Assembly (NCBI RefSeq): GCF_016432865.1
Contig: NC_067399.1
Coordinates: 465,062,001-465,126,000, forward strand
Length of the DNA stretch: 64,000 bases
Source of the DNA: Antechinus flavipes
Lineage: Eukaryota
Direction: 5' to 3'
Shown: in pieces, positions 23,473 to 36,644 of the stretch
Layout: each line of letters starts with the position of its first letter
How positions within the stretch are numbered: position 1 is the first letter of the stretch
Notes under the pieces: model-generated
The model's input: only the letters and a program-made list of their open reading frames with translations
What the model was told of the DNA's origin: nothing
Database searches by the model: none
Translations under genes and position numbers: made by a program

Positions 23473-23729
23473 AGATTATGATTTAAAAAGAAAAAAAAAA
23501 CCCTTTAACTTTAAAGAAATAAGCCAAATCAACATAAACCTCAAAAGAAAAAAATAATTTTAAGTTATCTCAAATATTCACCCAAATGGGCAAATATGTT
23601 GACTATAGTTTGGGGGAGGCTTAAGTTCACATTTAAGTATTAAATATTAATCTATTCTGAAGCTTCTTTAGGCCAAGTTTAAGAAATAATGACTTCTGTA
23701 TTAAATCTAATTTATTCTTTTATTCTACA

Positions 23730-26130
23730 TCAATTTATTAAATGTCATTTATGTTACAACCTTTGAGCTACAAACTGAAAATACAAAAATAAAAATAAAA
23801 AAAGTATCTGCCCTCAAAGAGCTTGTGTTCTATGGAAGGGAAGAGTGGGCTTTTGAATAACACATACAGGCACAGAGACAAAGTAACTTCCAGGGGAAGG
23901 GATTTTATAACTAGAGATAAGGATTTGCTTCTGGTAGGTGGTACTTTATCTCCTAAGGAAAGTATGATCTCTCAGGGACATCAGTGAATTGGTATTACAT
24001 TCCTGGCCTAAGGAAATATGCAGTCATAGGAGATTCAGTGCCTGGAAAATAGCAAGTAGGTAAGACAGGCTGGAATAATGAATTAATTTGAGGGAGTAAT
24101 AATAGGCAATAAGCCTAGAAAGGTAGATTGCTGCCAGATTGTGAAGGGTTTTATAAGCCAAATAAAAAAGTTCTTAGAGACGTAGTAGTGTCATTGCAGC
24201 TTCCTGAGCTGGGAAATGAAACAATCAGATATGTTTTTTAGAAATATCACATTGGCATCTCTGTAGAGGACAGATCAGAAAAGAGAGAGATTGGCGTCTA
24301 TGAGACCATTTAGGAATACATTACAAAATCCAGACAAAAGGTGATGCAGCTTGAAACTTTGCTGGGGAATGGGCAACTTGAGGAATAGGGAAAATTGAAG
24401 TAGCATTAATTACAAATTTGTAAATGTGTACTTTATAAACTCTTAAAAGTTGACTAGAAGGGATACCATCATCTCCAGGCAACTAGAAGGTTATAGTATT
24501 CTCAAAAGAAATAGGAAAATTCGAAAAAAGGAAGGTTGAAAAGGTGTGGTTAAAGAAGGAAGAGTGGTTTCAAATAATCATTGCTATTTTTTAAAAATTC
24601 AGTCTGTTATGACTAAAAAGCATTTGGAGATGAATCAAACTGGAAGTTGGTGGCATGGGACTGGACTTAAAAATTAAGGATACACAGATCTGAGAATTTG
24701 ATGTAGAGATGCCAGTTGATGAGATCCCTCAGACAAGGTACAGAGAAGGAGACCCAAACTAAAGTCCTGGCTTATATAATTATGAAAAGGGATGATTGAT
24801 GTTCTGTCATCAGTCAACAAAGACGACTTAAAAGAAACAACCAAACTGATGATGTGTATGAATGAGATCCCTTCTGCTTGGAGACATAGATTTAGAAGCA
24901 AAAGAATTCGCTAACCCCAAAGTCTGTGGCAAAAAGAGGAGGTTTTATTTTTCACTAAGAGGCTTTCCCTTAGCGGGCATATTTCTTAATTAAGAAATTT
25001 GCCAAGAATAGTTAGCAAAGACCTATTTTATGAGCAAATCTGGAAGCAGTTTGAACTGATTATCAGACCAGGATCTCCCAATTGAATGAAAATCACTTTG
25101 AAAGCTTTTATAGCTTGAATGGGGGATCTGGTTTTCCAAAAAGATCAATGGGCGTGATTTTCCTTGAAGGATACTCCTTATCTCAATCTAGAAGGATGTG
25201 CTTTCTTTCAAGACTCTCTGGAACCTGGAAGATCCCAAGTCTCTCTTTCTTTGCAGACCAAAGGAGACAAAGTTTCAGTGATTATTTTATACAATTTTTA
25301 CAAAGTTCACCTGCAGTCAAAATTGGTAAAAAGAGATCTAAGAGAGAGTTGTGTCATTAAGATCCAGAGAAGAAAGCAAGATCAATAGAACTGATGCAGT
25401 TAGTAGCAATGCAGAGTTGAGTTGTGAAAATCCCCTTCAGGTCAGTACAGGTTCCTGAAAGAATTCAAGAACCCAAAATATTAATGGCAAAAAGGAAGTT
25501 TTATTGGCACTGAAGAAGTCAGCTTTGCTAGGAGACTTACTTCCTCAGTGGCAGAGAAATAACAAAAGGTTTTTCGCTGAGAGGAGAGTCTTTTCACAGT
25601 GAGCAGCAGTCCATGGCAGGCAGCTATGCCAAGAAGTTCCTTGACAAGGCATAAACCTTGAAACTGGAGTGAATACAATCAGTACAACTGCAAGTCTCCA
25701 GGAGCATTCAGCAGCAGTATATAAGAGCTAAAAAGGCAAGTGGGAAACAGTACTAAGTTGGGTTTTAAAAAAGCAGATTGAACAAAAGGATTTAACCATA
25801 AACAACTATAAACTAGTTTATACTATAGAGGTCAGGATTTTGAAGGTGAAAAAGTAAAGCCAGAGCAGGGATAACTACCTGGAAAAGCAAGGAGGATTAG
25901 AATATCTAGAGGCTGCAATAAATATAAATTCTAGGATAAGAAGGGGGTAAGAAACAGAGAGACATCTTAGGACATCTCTGATTAGATAAAATAATTTTTA
26001 AGTTTTGGATTGTAAAGGTAGCACCTATGTTAAGATCAAAAGTTCATGACCACTCCTATATGTGGCAAAGGTAGAGTGAAGCAGCAGCTTATGGGAGTTG
26101 AGGAAGTAATGAACTATGAAAGCAAGGAAG
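23730..26130 (-). mobile_element. Fragmented L2 with LTR-like interruptions (~24900-25340 and ~25450-25900)
   Basis: L2 3' end (catcaatttattaaatg...tgccctcaaagagcttg) and downstream L2-like segments; the intervening blocks have minus-strand AATAAA and different composition. Confidence 0.55.
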
Positions 26131-27990
26131 AATAGTTGAGAAAACATTTGCATTTTTTTGTTTCTATGTTAAATATCTGCCATGTCTTCTTAACTAGAAG
26201 CCAAGAATGATGTCTCGGTTCCTGGCATAGAGTCAAGTACGTTAGATATTCAGGAAATATTTTTTGATTATTCAATTCATTTATCATATTCAATTATCAT
26301 ATATCTAATATTTTCAAGGCCTCCACTAAAGATTTCTAATAGCTCATTGTAATCCATAGAACAATGGAGCTCAAAATCTGGCAGTCTCAATGACTTTATC
26401 TGTAGTCCAAGAATCACTTTAGAGAAGTTAAAAAAAAGCTCATTCCCTACCAGTCATTACCACCTCGTTAAACCATCTTACAAAAGGTTACAATCCATCA
26501 ATATAGCAAGTATTTGACATAGTATGAGAATAGGAATGACATAAAATTGGAATGACATTACTTGACTTTAGAATTAGAAGGAAGTTTAAAGCTAATTTAC
26601 TCAAACTCACTTTACAATTCTTTTTCTGTGTTGTAAGGGAGGAGAGGAGGAGTAGGGGAGAAGAAAAGAGATAAGGTCAAGGATGGCTAAAGGTTCAAGG
26701 TTACACAATCAGTGACTAAGCTGGAATGAGAACCCAACCAGACTCCTAGTTCAAGATTCTTTTTCTTTAGACCATTTTATTTCCCAAGAGAAAAGAATAC
26801 CTACAATATAATTGCCTCATTGTTTACTATGAAAAATAGAATGCTGGCTTGTAGTCATATAAAACATACTCAAAAAAAGGACACAAAGCTAGGAAAAAAG
26901 CTGATAAGGCTTCTGTCTACCATATGCTATACTGACATTCTGTACATAAAGACAGGATTCATTTAAAGTTCACTAATTGTCCAGTTCCAACATCTGTCAT
27001 AATAAAGTCCAAAGGTCAGAACCTTATAGAATTACTTAATTGGCCAACTAAAGCAAAAGACAGTTTTGCAGAAGATGATGAAATTTTAATAGATAATAGA
27101 AAAGGAAAACATTAATTTTAGAAAAAAATGGAATCTATTTCAACTGAAAGGAAAGGGTGCAGTAGAGTTGGAAGTGAGTTTCTCTTTCTATTGAAGGACT
27201 CACTGGCTAAAAGGCGGTAACCCAGTGTCTTATACATCAAAACTAATTAAAGGAAAGAGCTACAGAAGAGCAATGTTGTGATGTTCCAAACTAACAGATT
27301 TTGCAGTGATGTTAGAACTAAATTTCACATGTGCCTAAAACTAAAATAATTTCCTTAACTAATTTTCCAAAATCTCTCCTCAAACAAATGTTCTCCCCAT
27401 TACAACCAAAAAAAAAAAAAAAATTGTTTTAATCCATTATCCAACAATGTGTGATGTTGGCCTCTTTCTTAAGCAATACCAAGGGATTGGCAAAAAGTTT
27501 GAAGTATTCATTCCTCAATTAGTAAATCCCATGAGAGGAAGGACTACTACAGTATTCCTCACAAAGCATAAGTCTTTAAAAAGAGTAAGAAGTTTAATAC
27601 TTGCTGACTGATAATATTTTCTAAACAGGGAATTTGGTAGAAAAAGCAATAGACTTCAGTGGCCCTGGAGTTCAAACCTTGCATTACTAGTTATATTACT
27701 TCATGTGCTTTGTGCTTCAATTTCCTCGTCTGTAAAAAAGGTGCTTGGATTAAACTAGCTTCCAATTTCAAATCCTATGATTTTAAATATTACATTTCTC
27801 AGTAGTGAATAACATACAAATTAGTTTAAATAACGTATTTTGCTTAACAGTTTTCAAAGTACTTTCCCTGAGTGGTATCTTATTTGCTTATCTGAACAAT
27901 TCTGAGATGTTAACATTCACTTTGCAGATGAGAAAACGGAATCTCAAAAAAGTTAAGTGATTTGTCCAAGATCACATGGATATTTTAAAC

Positions 27991-28130
27991 TTTTTTTTTT
28001 TTTTTTTTTTGCTTAGACAATTGGGGTTTAATTGACTTGCCCAGGGACACAAAGCTAGGAAGTGTCTGAGACCATATTTGAACTCTGGTCCTTCTGACTT
28101 CAGGGATGGTGGGAGCCACCTACTTGCCTC
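27991..28130 (-). mobile_element. WSINE1-type SINE with A20 tail, nested in a MIR-like element (~27880-28180)
   Basis: T20 followed by gcttagacaattggggtttaattgacttgcccaggg...tttgaactctggtccttctgac. Confidence 0.8.
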
Positions 28131-29379
28131 AGCATTTTTAATTCTTACTAGAACTTCAGAGTCTTTTGACTTCATGCAATTTCCACTACACTGTATGTTT
28201 TTTTTTAAATTGAAATGTCTTATTTTTTAAATATTATTAATAAAATATCTTCCAGTTCAGATGATTCTATCAGACTTTAAAATTACATTATTCTTATATT
28301 TATTGCCAACAATATTGAAAATTCTCACTTATGAAAAAAAAGAATGCTAGAACAAGTTTCATGGAACAGTATTTACTTCCTTCTATGGGTCCATACTGTC
28401 TTCTGAGCTCAAGCTCCAGTCTTTTCCAGACCTCTTCCTTTCCCCTTCCATCCTCACATGTCTATATAATTGTTTGAGGCATTATACAACCACTTCATTT
28501 TACATATTAGGAAACTGAGGCTCAAGCTGATACTGTGCTGTCCAAAGTAATACAATTAGTGACAGAGGAGGCAGACACTCAAACCTCCCCCACTGCTCCA
28601 AATCCAGCATACAGTCTATTATATCTGACTAATTCTAGCTCTGATATTGTTATGATTGTGCTCAGTTCAATGTCTTTCTTTAACTGAGTTCATCTAAATA
28701 AGCATTTTCCTTCTGCTGGAATCCTCAACTGTTTGTATGTTAAAAGTTTCTCTAATGCTTAACCATAACATGACCCATCCACATGACAACACATCCATTC
28801 AAAAACTTTATGAAAACTTAGTGGTTTTCATAAAACTTTCATAAACTCGGTGGGTTGGGTTTTTTTTTTTTTAAAGACAACTAGTTTGGTTTCTTCTTGT
28901 AACCATTGCTAAGTAATAGTTTATAAATGAAAATTCCCTTTTCTCAATGTGTTTTTCTCCACCCTCAAAACTTTTGGTGCTTGGTGTTAGAATGAATGTG
29001 ATGGACAATCTAGTATTATCTATCTCCTTACAAAAACCTCAACTAATTATGAAGAGAGCAAGAGGGCATTGAGAATATTAATACTCAAGATTTGGCTTTT
29101 ATGACTACAGGAAGGTTTTACATCTCCCAGGAGTCAAACAGTGTCAACCTAATTCACCACTGCCGTTACCGCCACCAGCCAAAGATGCTCTTTAAACCCT
29201 GGAGCCTAAGCATCTGGACAAGTTCCGCTCTTCCAATGGCTTATACCTGCCTTTGGCTTGTAACTTCTCCCACTGATCTCTAAGGAAAACCCCAGTCTAA
29301 CAGACAATCCGCACTGGAACAGCAATTTGCCACCTTCGTCACCTGCTAAAACTTAGGGCTATGGCTTGATTTGCTCCCA

Positions 29380-30110
29380 GAGATGGAATGGGGAGGGCGG
29401 AGGGAGGGCGGGGGAGAGGGGGCGGTACCTCACCGGAACTCGGGACCGGTGTCTGGAGGGGCTGGAAAAAGTCTGCCGGCAGCTGCAGCAAGGAGACGAG
29501 GAGCCGGAGGGCCGGAGCCCCTGCAGCACCTACCCAGCCGGTGCAACCTCCCCTACTGTTCCCTACTCCCTGGGCTTCGGGGAGCGCTATGTTGCCTTTC
29601 ACCCAGAGTTAAATAGGAGGAAGTGTCTGGACCGAAAGAGGAACCCAAGAGATGGGGCCATGCGGAAAGACGACAGCCCCGGTTTCCAGCCCTTGTGGCC
29701 GGAGCCGATGCGTCCTGGGCCCTCAGTCCAGTCGTAGTCCCTGCCTAGAAGCCCACCTTGGGACCTACAAGGGAGGGAACGGCTGGGATGGCCAAATAGG
29801 GACCCCCTTGGCCCCGCCCCCTATCAAGCCCCGCCCCACATCCGCGCCCCTCTAGCCCAGTCCCGCACTTACCAACCTAGAGTAGCTGAGGCTGGGATCC
29901 CGCACAGCCTGGAGCTCCGGCCCCTCGGGGGCTTCGGGGGGGAAGGGAGGGGGAGGGGACTGTAGCCAAAGGGGGGGAGGGGATACAGACAGGAAGCGGA
30001 AGGGAAGCCTTTGAACTCCCGAGAATGCTTCCAGGTTTTTAGTGACGTGCTCCTTCCTATCTCCAGCCAATCAGGATTCCGGGAGAGGAGCGTATATCCG
30101 ACATCCGAAA
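29380..30110. promoter_or_regulatory. ZBTB26: CpG island / ZBTB26 promoter
   Basis: GC-rich; GC boxes near 29812 and 29829, ETS-like GGAAG repeats near 29992, TGACGT near 30043, CCAAT near 30067. Confidence 0.8.
29873..30040 (-). other. ZBTB26: ZBTB26 non-coding exon 1 (5' end approximate)
   Basis: Consensus donor TTG|GTAAGT with exon end 29873 inside the CpG island, same strand as the CDS; implies a ~9-kb intron 1. Confidence 0.7.
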
Positions 30111-32039
30111 CGGTTTATGCAAATTGTTAAGGGGGGGTCGTTGTGTGTCTGTGTGTGTGTCTTTGTGTGTGTCAGGAGGAATGTTTGGGATCTCGAGAAC
30201 GAGGCACTTTTCTTTCAGAAAGTGCTCCCATTCTTCCTCCCAGATGTGCTTAAAGTCATTTTTCCCCTTCTCCACTTCTACCCTTCCTCTTTGCATTTCT
30301 TCTTTCTTCCAACATCCCACTCCTGCCCTAGACAGTGTTGTGAACATTCTAACCACAAGATGGGCATCAAGATGTTAAATCTCTCTAGACTTGGCACAAC
30401 AAATCAACCCCCTGGGAACCTTCATCAAATTTTCTAGTATGAATCCTCTCCATCTGCTCTCCCCTCTATTTTTTGAATCCTTTCCGGATCTAGTGCCAGT
30501 GTTATAAAAGGTAAAGACACAGACTGCTCCAGTCCTCAGCAATTGTTACTGCCTCAGATTTCTTTTAAAACTTACTGTTCATTTGGTATTTAGCAGTGTC
30601 GAGTTTGGAAAATACTGGTGGATTTCTAGTCAAAAGATTCTAATCTTGTATTGTTTCTACTTGTTAGGTAAGGTGTCATTTCCACTCTCCCCTCACCAGT
30701 AAAATAAAAAGGCTGGTTTTGATAAATATTCCTAATCGCTCTTTCCAATATTTAATCCTATGTACCTCCAGTCATTGTTCTATTTGTTTGAATAGTTATC
30801 TTTTAGCAACTAGAATGTAAGTTATTTAAGGGGATGTACTATTAAGAAGGTTCTTTGAATACTTGTTAAATTGAATTAAATATCCTGCTTCTCCAAAGCA
30901 GACACCTTGTCTTCTAACTCTCTGTATTCCCACTACCGTAAAGGCACTCTAGAAGTGTTTGATAATAAAGATGGAAGTCTACCTAAAGCTTCATTTCCAA
31001 ACTACTTTATTTTGTATTATTTAAGTTTACCACTTAATAAACTGTTATTTGCTATGCATCTCCTAATAACGACATTTGACGATCAAAACTGTAGAGACAC
31101 AAAAACAAAATATAAACAGTCCCTACTATAAGGGAGCTTATATTCTATTCATGTCTTGTTTTAAGATTGTCATCTCTGAGGAGGCAGGGCACAGTGTCCA
31201 TTTCAAATGTCCTATTATAAAATTACTTCTTGGAAGAAACAATCTGAAGTAATGAAAATACTTACCATTTCTATAGTGCTTTAGGTATAAATATTATCCC
31301 CATTTGGTATAAGGAAACTGACTCTCCTTGAGTTGAAATAAACTTTCCAGTCTATTTTTCCAGACAAAAACATAATTCCCTTTCACAAACTCTGATCCAG
31401 CCAAATTGGAATATGTGCTATAACTCATCACACTAAGCATTACAGCTCCAATCTCTGTGTTAAGACAGGTTGTCCGCCCTGCCTCCCTCTTCAGTTCCAC
31501 CTTTTGAAACATTGTACCTTCTTTCAAAGCTCAGTTTAAGTGCCACTGCCTAGGCACAGGAAGCCTCTACAGATGTGGATCCCAACAGTTGCTAATCTTC
31601 CTCTATACCAGGCCATTTCCACGTATTTATTTTGTATACTTTTTTTTTGTACTTACTCACACGGGTGATGTTTCCCTCTATAAAACGTAAATTCCTTGAG
31701 GGAAGTAGTGTTTAGTCTTTCTATCTGCAGTATCTAACACAGAAGTGTACGTAGCTAAATGTCAAGTACTGGAACTAGACCATCAAACTCCCAATTTCTT
31801 CCGTTCCTCCACACACCATAGCAACAGAAAAGATCTGGGTTCTAACACCCATCTAAGAGCCTGGGAAAGTTAAACAATTACTCTATCTAGCCACTAGTTT
31901 CCGCCTCTGTAAAACAAGTGGATTGTAATAAAATGCACATCCTATGCTCCCGATTTCCCTTTTAAGTCCCAGCACAAAATTTCCCTGGCTGAGCTTCTTG
32001 GATCTATTAGTTCTAGCCGCCAGACCTGGTAAAAAAAAA

Positions 32040-32240
32040 AAGATGCGCAGGCGCAGCGGCTCCGGCAGTTGGGGAAACTGGAAGGAATCCTGTGTGGGGA
32101 GACCCAGGACTGCGTGCCGTATCTTTTGACCAATAGGAACCGTAATACCCAGTGTGTGGCTTATGGCTTAACATGGGAGGCGGAACGGAGGGCGGAAGGA
32201 GTGCAGTTCACGTGACGCGGGAGGGGCGAGGGGCGGGGCA
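32040..32240 (+). promoter_or_regulatory. RABGAP1: RABGAP1 CpG-island promoter
   Basis: NRF1 motif TGCGCAGGCGCA 32044-32055, CCAAT near 32130, TCACGTGAC 32208-32216, GC box near 32230; a second NRF1-type CGCATGCGCA at 32592-32601. Confidence 0.8.
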
Positions 32241-32311
32241 GGGAGGCCCTGGCTGAGGAGCCTCGGGGACAGGACGGCTGCTGCTGAGGAGGAGACGGCG
32301 GGTCGGGTCGG
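32240..32311 (+). other. RABGAP1: RABGAP1 non-coding exon 1 (candidate)
   Basis: Follows the promoter motifs; donor CGG|GTAGGG with GT at 32312-32313; implies a ~19.8-kb intron 1. Confidence 0.55.
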
Positions 32312-33494
32312 GTAGGGCCGCGTTCCCCCCTTCTAACCCACCCACCCACCCACCAACCATCCTCCGCGGGCGGGGAGGCAGCTCCACTCACTGTGATCCC
32401 TTGGAGCCCTGTAAGGGGGGAAGCCTGGCAGTCTTCTGTGCTTCCCTCTCTTGGGGGGGGTAGGGCCCCTGAGTCGGCGTCTGCTTTTAATCCCACCTCT
32501 TTAGCGTGGCTTCGGCCCGAAGCCCCTATAAACTACTGGGTTAGGTTTGGGGGGGAGGGGGAAACCCGGGAGAAGCAATGATGGGGATGGACGCATGCGC
32601 AGGAAGGGGCCCCTGACCAAACCGGTTGCCCCTGTCTGGGTAGGGGTTTCTGCTTGTCTTCTTTTACCCCTTTTCTTGAAAGGGAGACCACCCTCCTTGT
32701 TATCCTGACCCGCTTGACCACTTCCCCAGCCTTTGAACTTGGAGTATTCAGGCAGGAAGATAATTCAATCCCAGAATTACAAATTGTTATTTCTAGTAGA
32801 GTCGATTATCTAATGCTGCCTCAGTTTTCTCATTTGTAGGTTTGGAAGGGCTTTGGTAACTAAGAGCCTTTACTCTGACGTAAGTTCTAAGGTCCTTCGA
32901 AGCTCTAAGTCTCGTGTAACCTTTATTTTGCAGACAAGCTGAAGGAGGCCCATTATTTGGGGTTCCTCAGCTTGTTGATGACAGAACTGGGACTAGAAAT
33001 ATTTTCCTGAATTTCATGTTTTCCAAGGCACCAAGCTTCTTTTCACTCTCTCTCCAGTAATTCCTTCTGTTTCTGCAAGTATTCTTAGGCCTCTCCTATC
33101 TTAAAAACAAAAACAAAAAAATAAGCACAACTTATTATTAAACTATTTCATTTTTGTAGATCAGAAAGAACTCTTAAGAGAGAGGGACTTGCTTAGGGTC
33201 TCGTGGCTGAGTGTTAGAGCTAGATCTTGTCCAAGTCCAGTGTTCGAACCATACCACTTAGTGCTAGACCCGCCTCCTCTCCCATTAAGGAATGTTTCTC
33301 CCTCAAACTATCTTTGCCCTTCCTTTTGTAGCATGCTAGTGAATCAGTCTAGGCTATAATACTGACTTTTTGAAAAGTTATCTGAGTATTGGTCAGCCGT
33401 TTTCTCTGTGATTGTGAGCTCTTCCCTTCCTGCTTCTCCTATCATTGATCATTTTTTTAGTTCATCCCTGTAACTCATCTCTTTCTAGCACTCA

Positions 33495-33850
33495 AAACTT
33501 CAACATTTACTAAGCACCAGCTATGAAGAGAGTGTCGTCCTTATTGCTGATGAACAAAATTTAGGTAACACTTGATTTCTGTCCTCATTGAATTGATGGA
33601 TTAGTATAATGATAAAACATAAGAAATTAAATTATCTGGTATCATATGTTAGTATAAGTGCATAAGGGGAGTAAAAGCAAAGTGCCCTTTGTCAAGAGGG
33701 AGATTCCCTGGGAGAGAAGGTTCATGAAGTGAAATAGTGGAGATTTTGAGTTAGACTTGAAAAGAAAGACAGTATTTCACTAGGCATATAGGACAGTAGT
33801 CCAGTGTTAAAGAAAGTTTAGAATCAAGTGTATATATGGGATAGGGAATC
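33495..33850 (-). mobile_element. L2 3' fragment
   Basis: caacatttactaagcaccagctatg... followed by L2-type sequence. Confidence 0.55.
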
Positions 33851-35369
33851 CAGTTTGATCATTGCCCTAATATCTCATAGTTGATATCAGTCAGTGCTAA
33901 TAAATCACAATGTTCATAGAATGATAGAATTTTAAAATGGAAAAGTACATTGTAAATCATAGTCCAACCCTTTTATTTTATAGATAATGAAACTGAGAGA
34001 GGGTGATTGATTTGCCCCAAGTTATATGGGTAATAACAGAATCAAGATTTGAACCTTAGTCTTTTAACTCTAATCCCTTACTCTTGTTGATAAGTATATT
34101 TTGTTTTGGCAGAAAGTAAAAGACAGGGAAGGGTGGTCCAGACTCATGATTTCATTGGTATAAGAAATTTCCTCTACCAGCACTGATTTGTAATTGCTCA
34201 TCAATTTACAGCCATAGAAAAATGCCTAGGGCTCAAAGAGAATCATTCACATAGTGCTTTTCAGAGGCAAGATTTGAATCCTAAGCCTCCTACTCCTAGG
34301 TTTTCACCACTCTCTCAATGCCTATCAAGGATAGCCATGAAAATGACATGCCTTAGCTCTTTAAGATTTGTCACCATCAGCTTATAGAGTACTCTTGTGC
34401 CTATTGAATCTATCATACTATTTTTATCATCATATCTCTGTTTTTATTTTACTTATGGCTTCAGTTATGGATTATATTGTTTATTTTAGGAAGCTAATGC
34501 CCTTGGACTTGTTAAGCTAACATATTACTATTACATAGTCATTTTAACATTAACTTTAATTTTTAGGCTTAGAGGCCTTGTTTTTTTTTTTTTTTTTTTT
34601 TTTTAACAGAAATAAATGGTCATTTCTTTTGAAATTTTTATTAAAGCAAATACCTGGCTTCTCAGGCAATTGTAGTTGTCCCTTCCAGCTGCTTTATTTT
34701 ATATAAGCTAGTGGTTAGGGACTGTTCAAAAAAGTTGAAATTTGTTATCTTAAATTCCTGTAGTTGAATAGCTAAAGAAACTATTTCTAATACTACTATC
34801 AGAATGTATCAAGGAATAAGTGAACTTTTTCTTTCATGCATGACCTATAATAATCTGGTGTCTGAATTCTACATAAATATGGGATGTATGAATAAGCACA
34901 TTGAAATCTTTTCACATCAATGTTTGCCTTTGTATAACTATAGTTTTTTATATTTGAAAGTTAAAATCTAGAATTGACAGTTTTTGTATATGTGACGACT
35001 TGGAAATTCTCTAGAACTCTGTAATTTAAAAAAAATAATAAATCTTCATTACCTTCTAAAATATATTTAAAGTAATACCCAAATAATTTATAATTGATTT
35101 TGTAGTGTATTGTGTTCTTTCAGGTTTTTCTAATTTTTAATTTTCTAACTCAGCACATTGAATTTTCTAAAATGTCTCAAATATTAATTAATTGCATGTT
35201 AAAAGTATTATTTTGTGATATATGAATACTCTTATAGATAAAAGTTAATCACTTAATCCCATCTATGAAATAATAGGATTGGATAGGTGATTTCTATGAT
35301 CGATTTCAGTTTTAAGCTGAATGGTCATTGTTATAATGCTGATGTAGTGATATAAAATTACTCTGTTTT

Positions 35370-35830
35370 ATGCATTTTCTTATCAATAAGCATAGATGAA
35401 GAGCCTCCTAAAAATTAAATACAATTAGTGTTTCCTTCAAGGAGCTTGACTGTCTAATTTACAATCACACAAATAATTATGTGAAGGAAAATGAGGTAAG
35501 TGCAAGATAAAGATGGGCAGAGGCTGTGTGAAATGTGAGGAGATGGAATCTCAGACCTTTTAAGGAAAGGGGAGAGTTAAGTCTTAATAGATAGATTTCT
35601 AGAGAGAGTTGAGGCATGGGGGATGTCTTGAGGTATTACAGAGAGAGAAAAAAAGAAGATGCAACTTTGGTAGGAATGAAGGGTGTATGTATAGGACTAG
35701 TTTAAATTAAAGCCAGAAACATAGACTTTGGTCAGACTGTTGAAAGCATTGAGTACTAGTGTTTCTATTTTGTTTAATAGACAGTAAGGTCACTGAACGT
35801 TGTTGAGTTGAGATGTATGGAGAAAATGTG
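35370..35830 (-). mobile_element. L2 3' fragment
   Basis: atcaataagcatag...ccttcaaggagcttgactgtctaa... is L2 reverse complement. Confidence 0.55.
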
Positions 35831-36144
35831 CTTACAATCTAGACAAAAATTACTGCACTATTCCTTATGATATTGTTTACTACCTCATCAAAAAATAATA
35901 TCCACTGCAGAGAAAAAAATTCAGTTATAGTGCCCCCACTCTAGTCATTTTATCGGTAGGGTAAATATACCTGAACCAGAAAACCTGGATTTTGGTTTTG
36001 CTTCAAACTCATTGTGAAATTTCACTTAACCTTTTGAGCCTCAGTTTACCATTCTATAAAATGAGGGAGTCAGATAAGATGCCTGTGTCCTTCAGAGAGC
36101 CAATGATATACTTTGTGGACTTGTTCAAATGATTATTAATCTAA

Positions 36145-36330
36145 AATAGGTTCTTAATCTTTCTGTGTCGTGGAATACTTGGTGAAACCTCTAGACACCT
36201 TCAATAATAATGTTTTCAAATATGTAAAATGAAAAATGTAGGATTACAAAGAAAATAAATTATATTGAAATTCAAGGATTAAAATATTAAAAAACAAATT
36301 CATTGACTATATCTTAAGAATTCCTGGTCT
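36145..36330 (+). mobile_element. hAT/Charlie-type MITE
   Basis: Ends aggttcttaatc... and ...ttaagaattcctg form imperfect TIRs; internal sequence like 14670-14810. Confidence 0.55.
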
Positions 36331-36343
36331 CAGATCTGTGCTA

Positions 36344-36644
36344 GCAGGTACATATTGGTGCACACCTGTAATCCCTGCTACTGGGAAGACTGAAATTGGT
36401 GCATCATTTGAACTCTGTAGTTCTGAGCTGCCATGAGCTAAATTGGATATCTATATCTATACTAAGCCCAGCACCAAGATATTGAGCTTCTGTGAGTAGG
36501 AAGGCCATCACACTGCCTAAGATAGCCAAACTAACTCAGATGAGAAATGAGTAGGTCAAGAATTCCTGTATTGATCCATATGTAGGATCAGCATGTTGGG
36601 ATATTGTCCTTCCAACCTAGGTGAAATAGGAAAACACAATCTCA
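36344..36644 (+). pseudogene. Full-length, degenerate 7SL (SRP) RNA retrocopy (P7SL-like)
   Basis: Colinear with recalled 7SL over ~300 nt: cacacctgtaatccctgctactgggaagactga (Alu domain), actaagcccagcacc, tgcctaag, gagtaggtcaagaattcctgtattgatc (S domain), tccaacctaggtgaaatag...tctca (3' end). Confidence 0.85.

Noticed and set aside
28807-28834. Perfect 11-bp hairpin tttatgaaaac-ttagtg-gttttcataaa
   Set aside because: About one such AT-rich hairpin is expected by chance in 64 kb.
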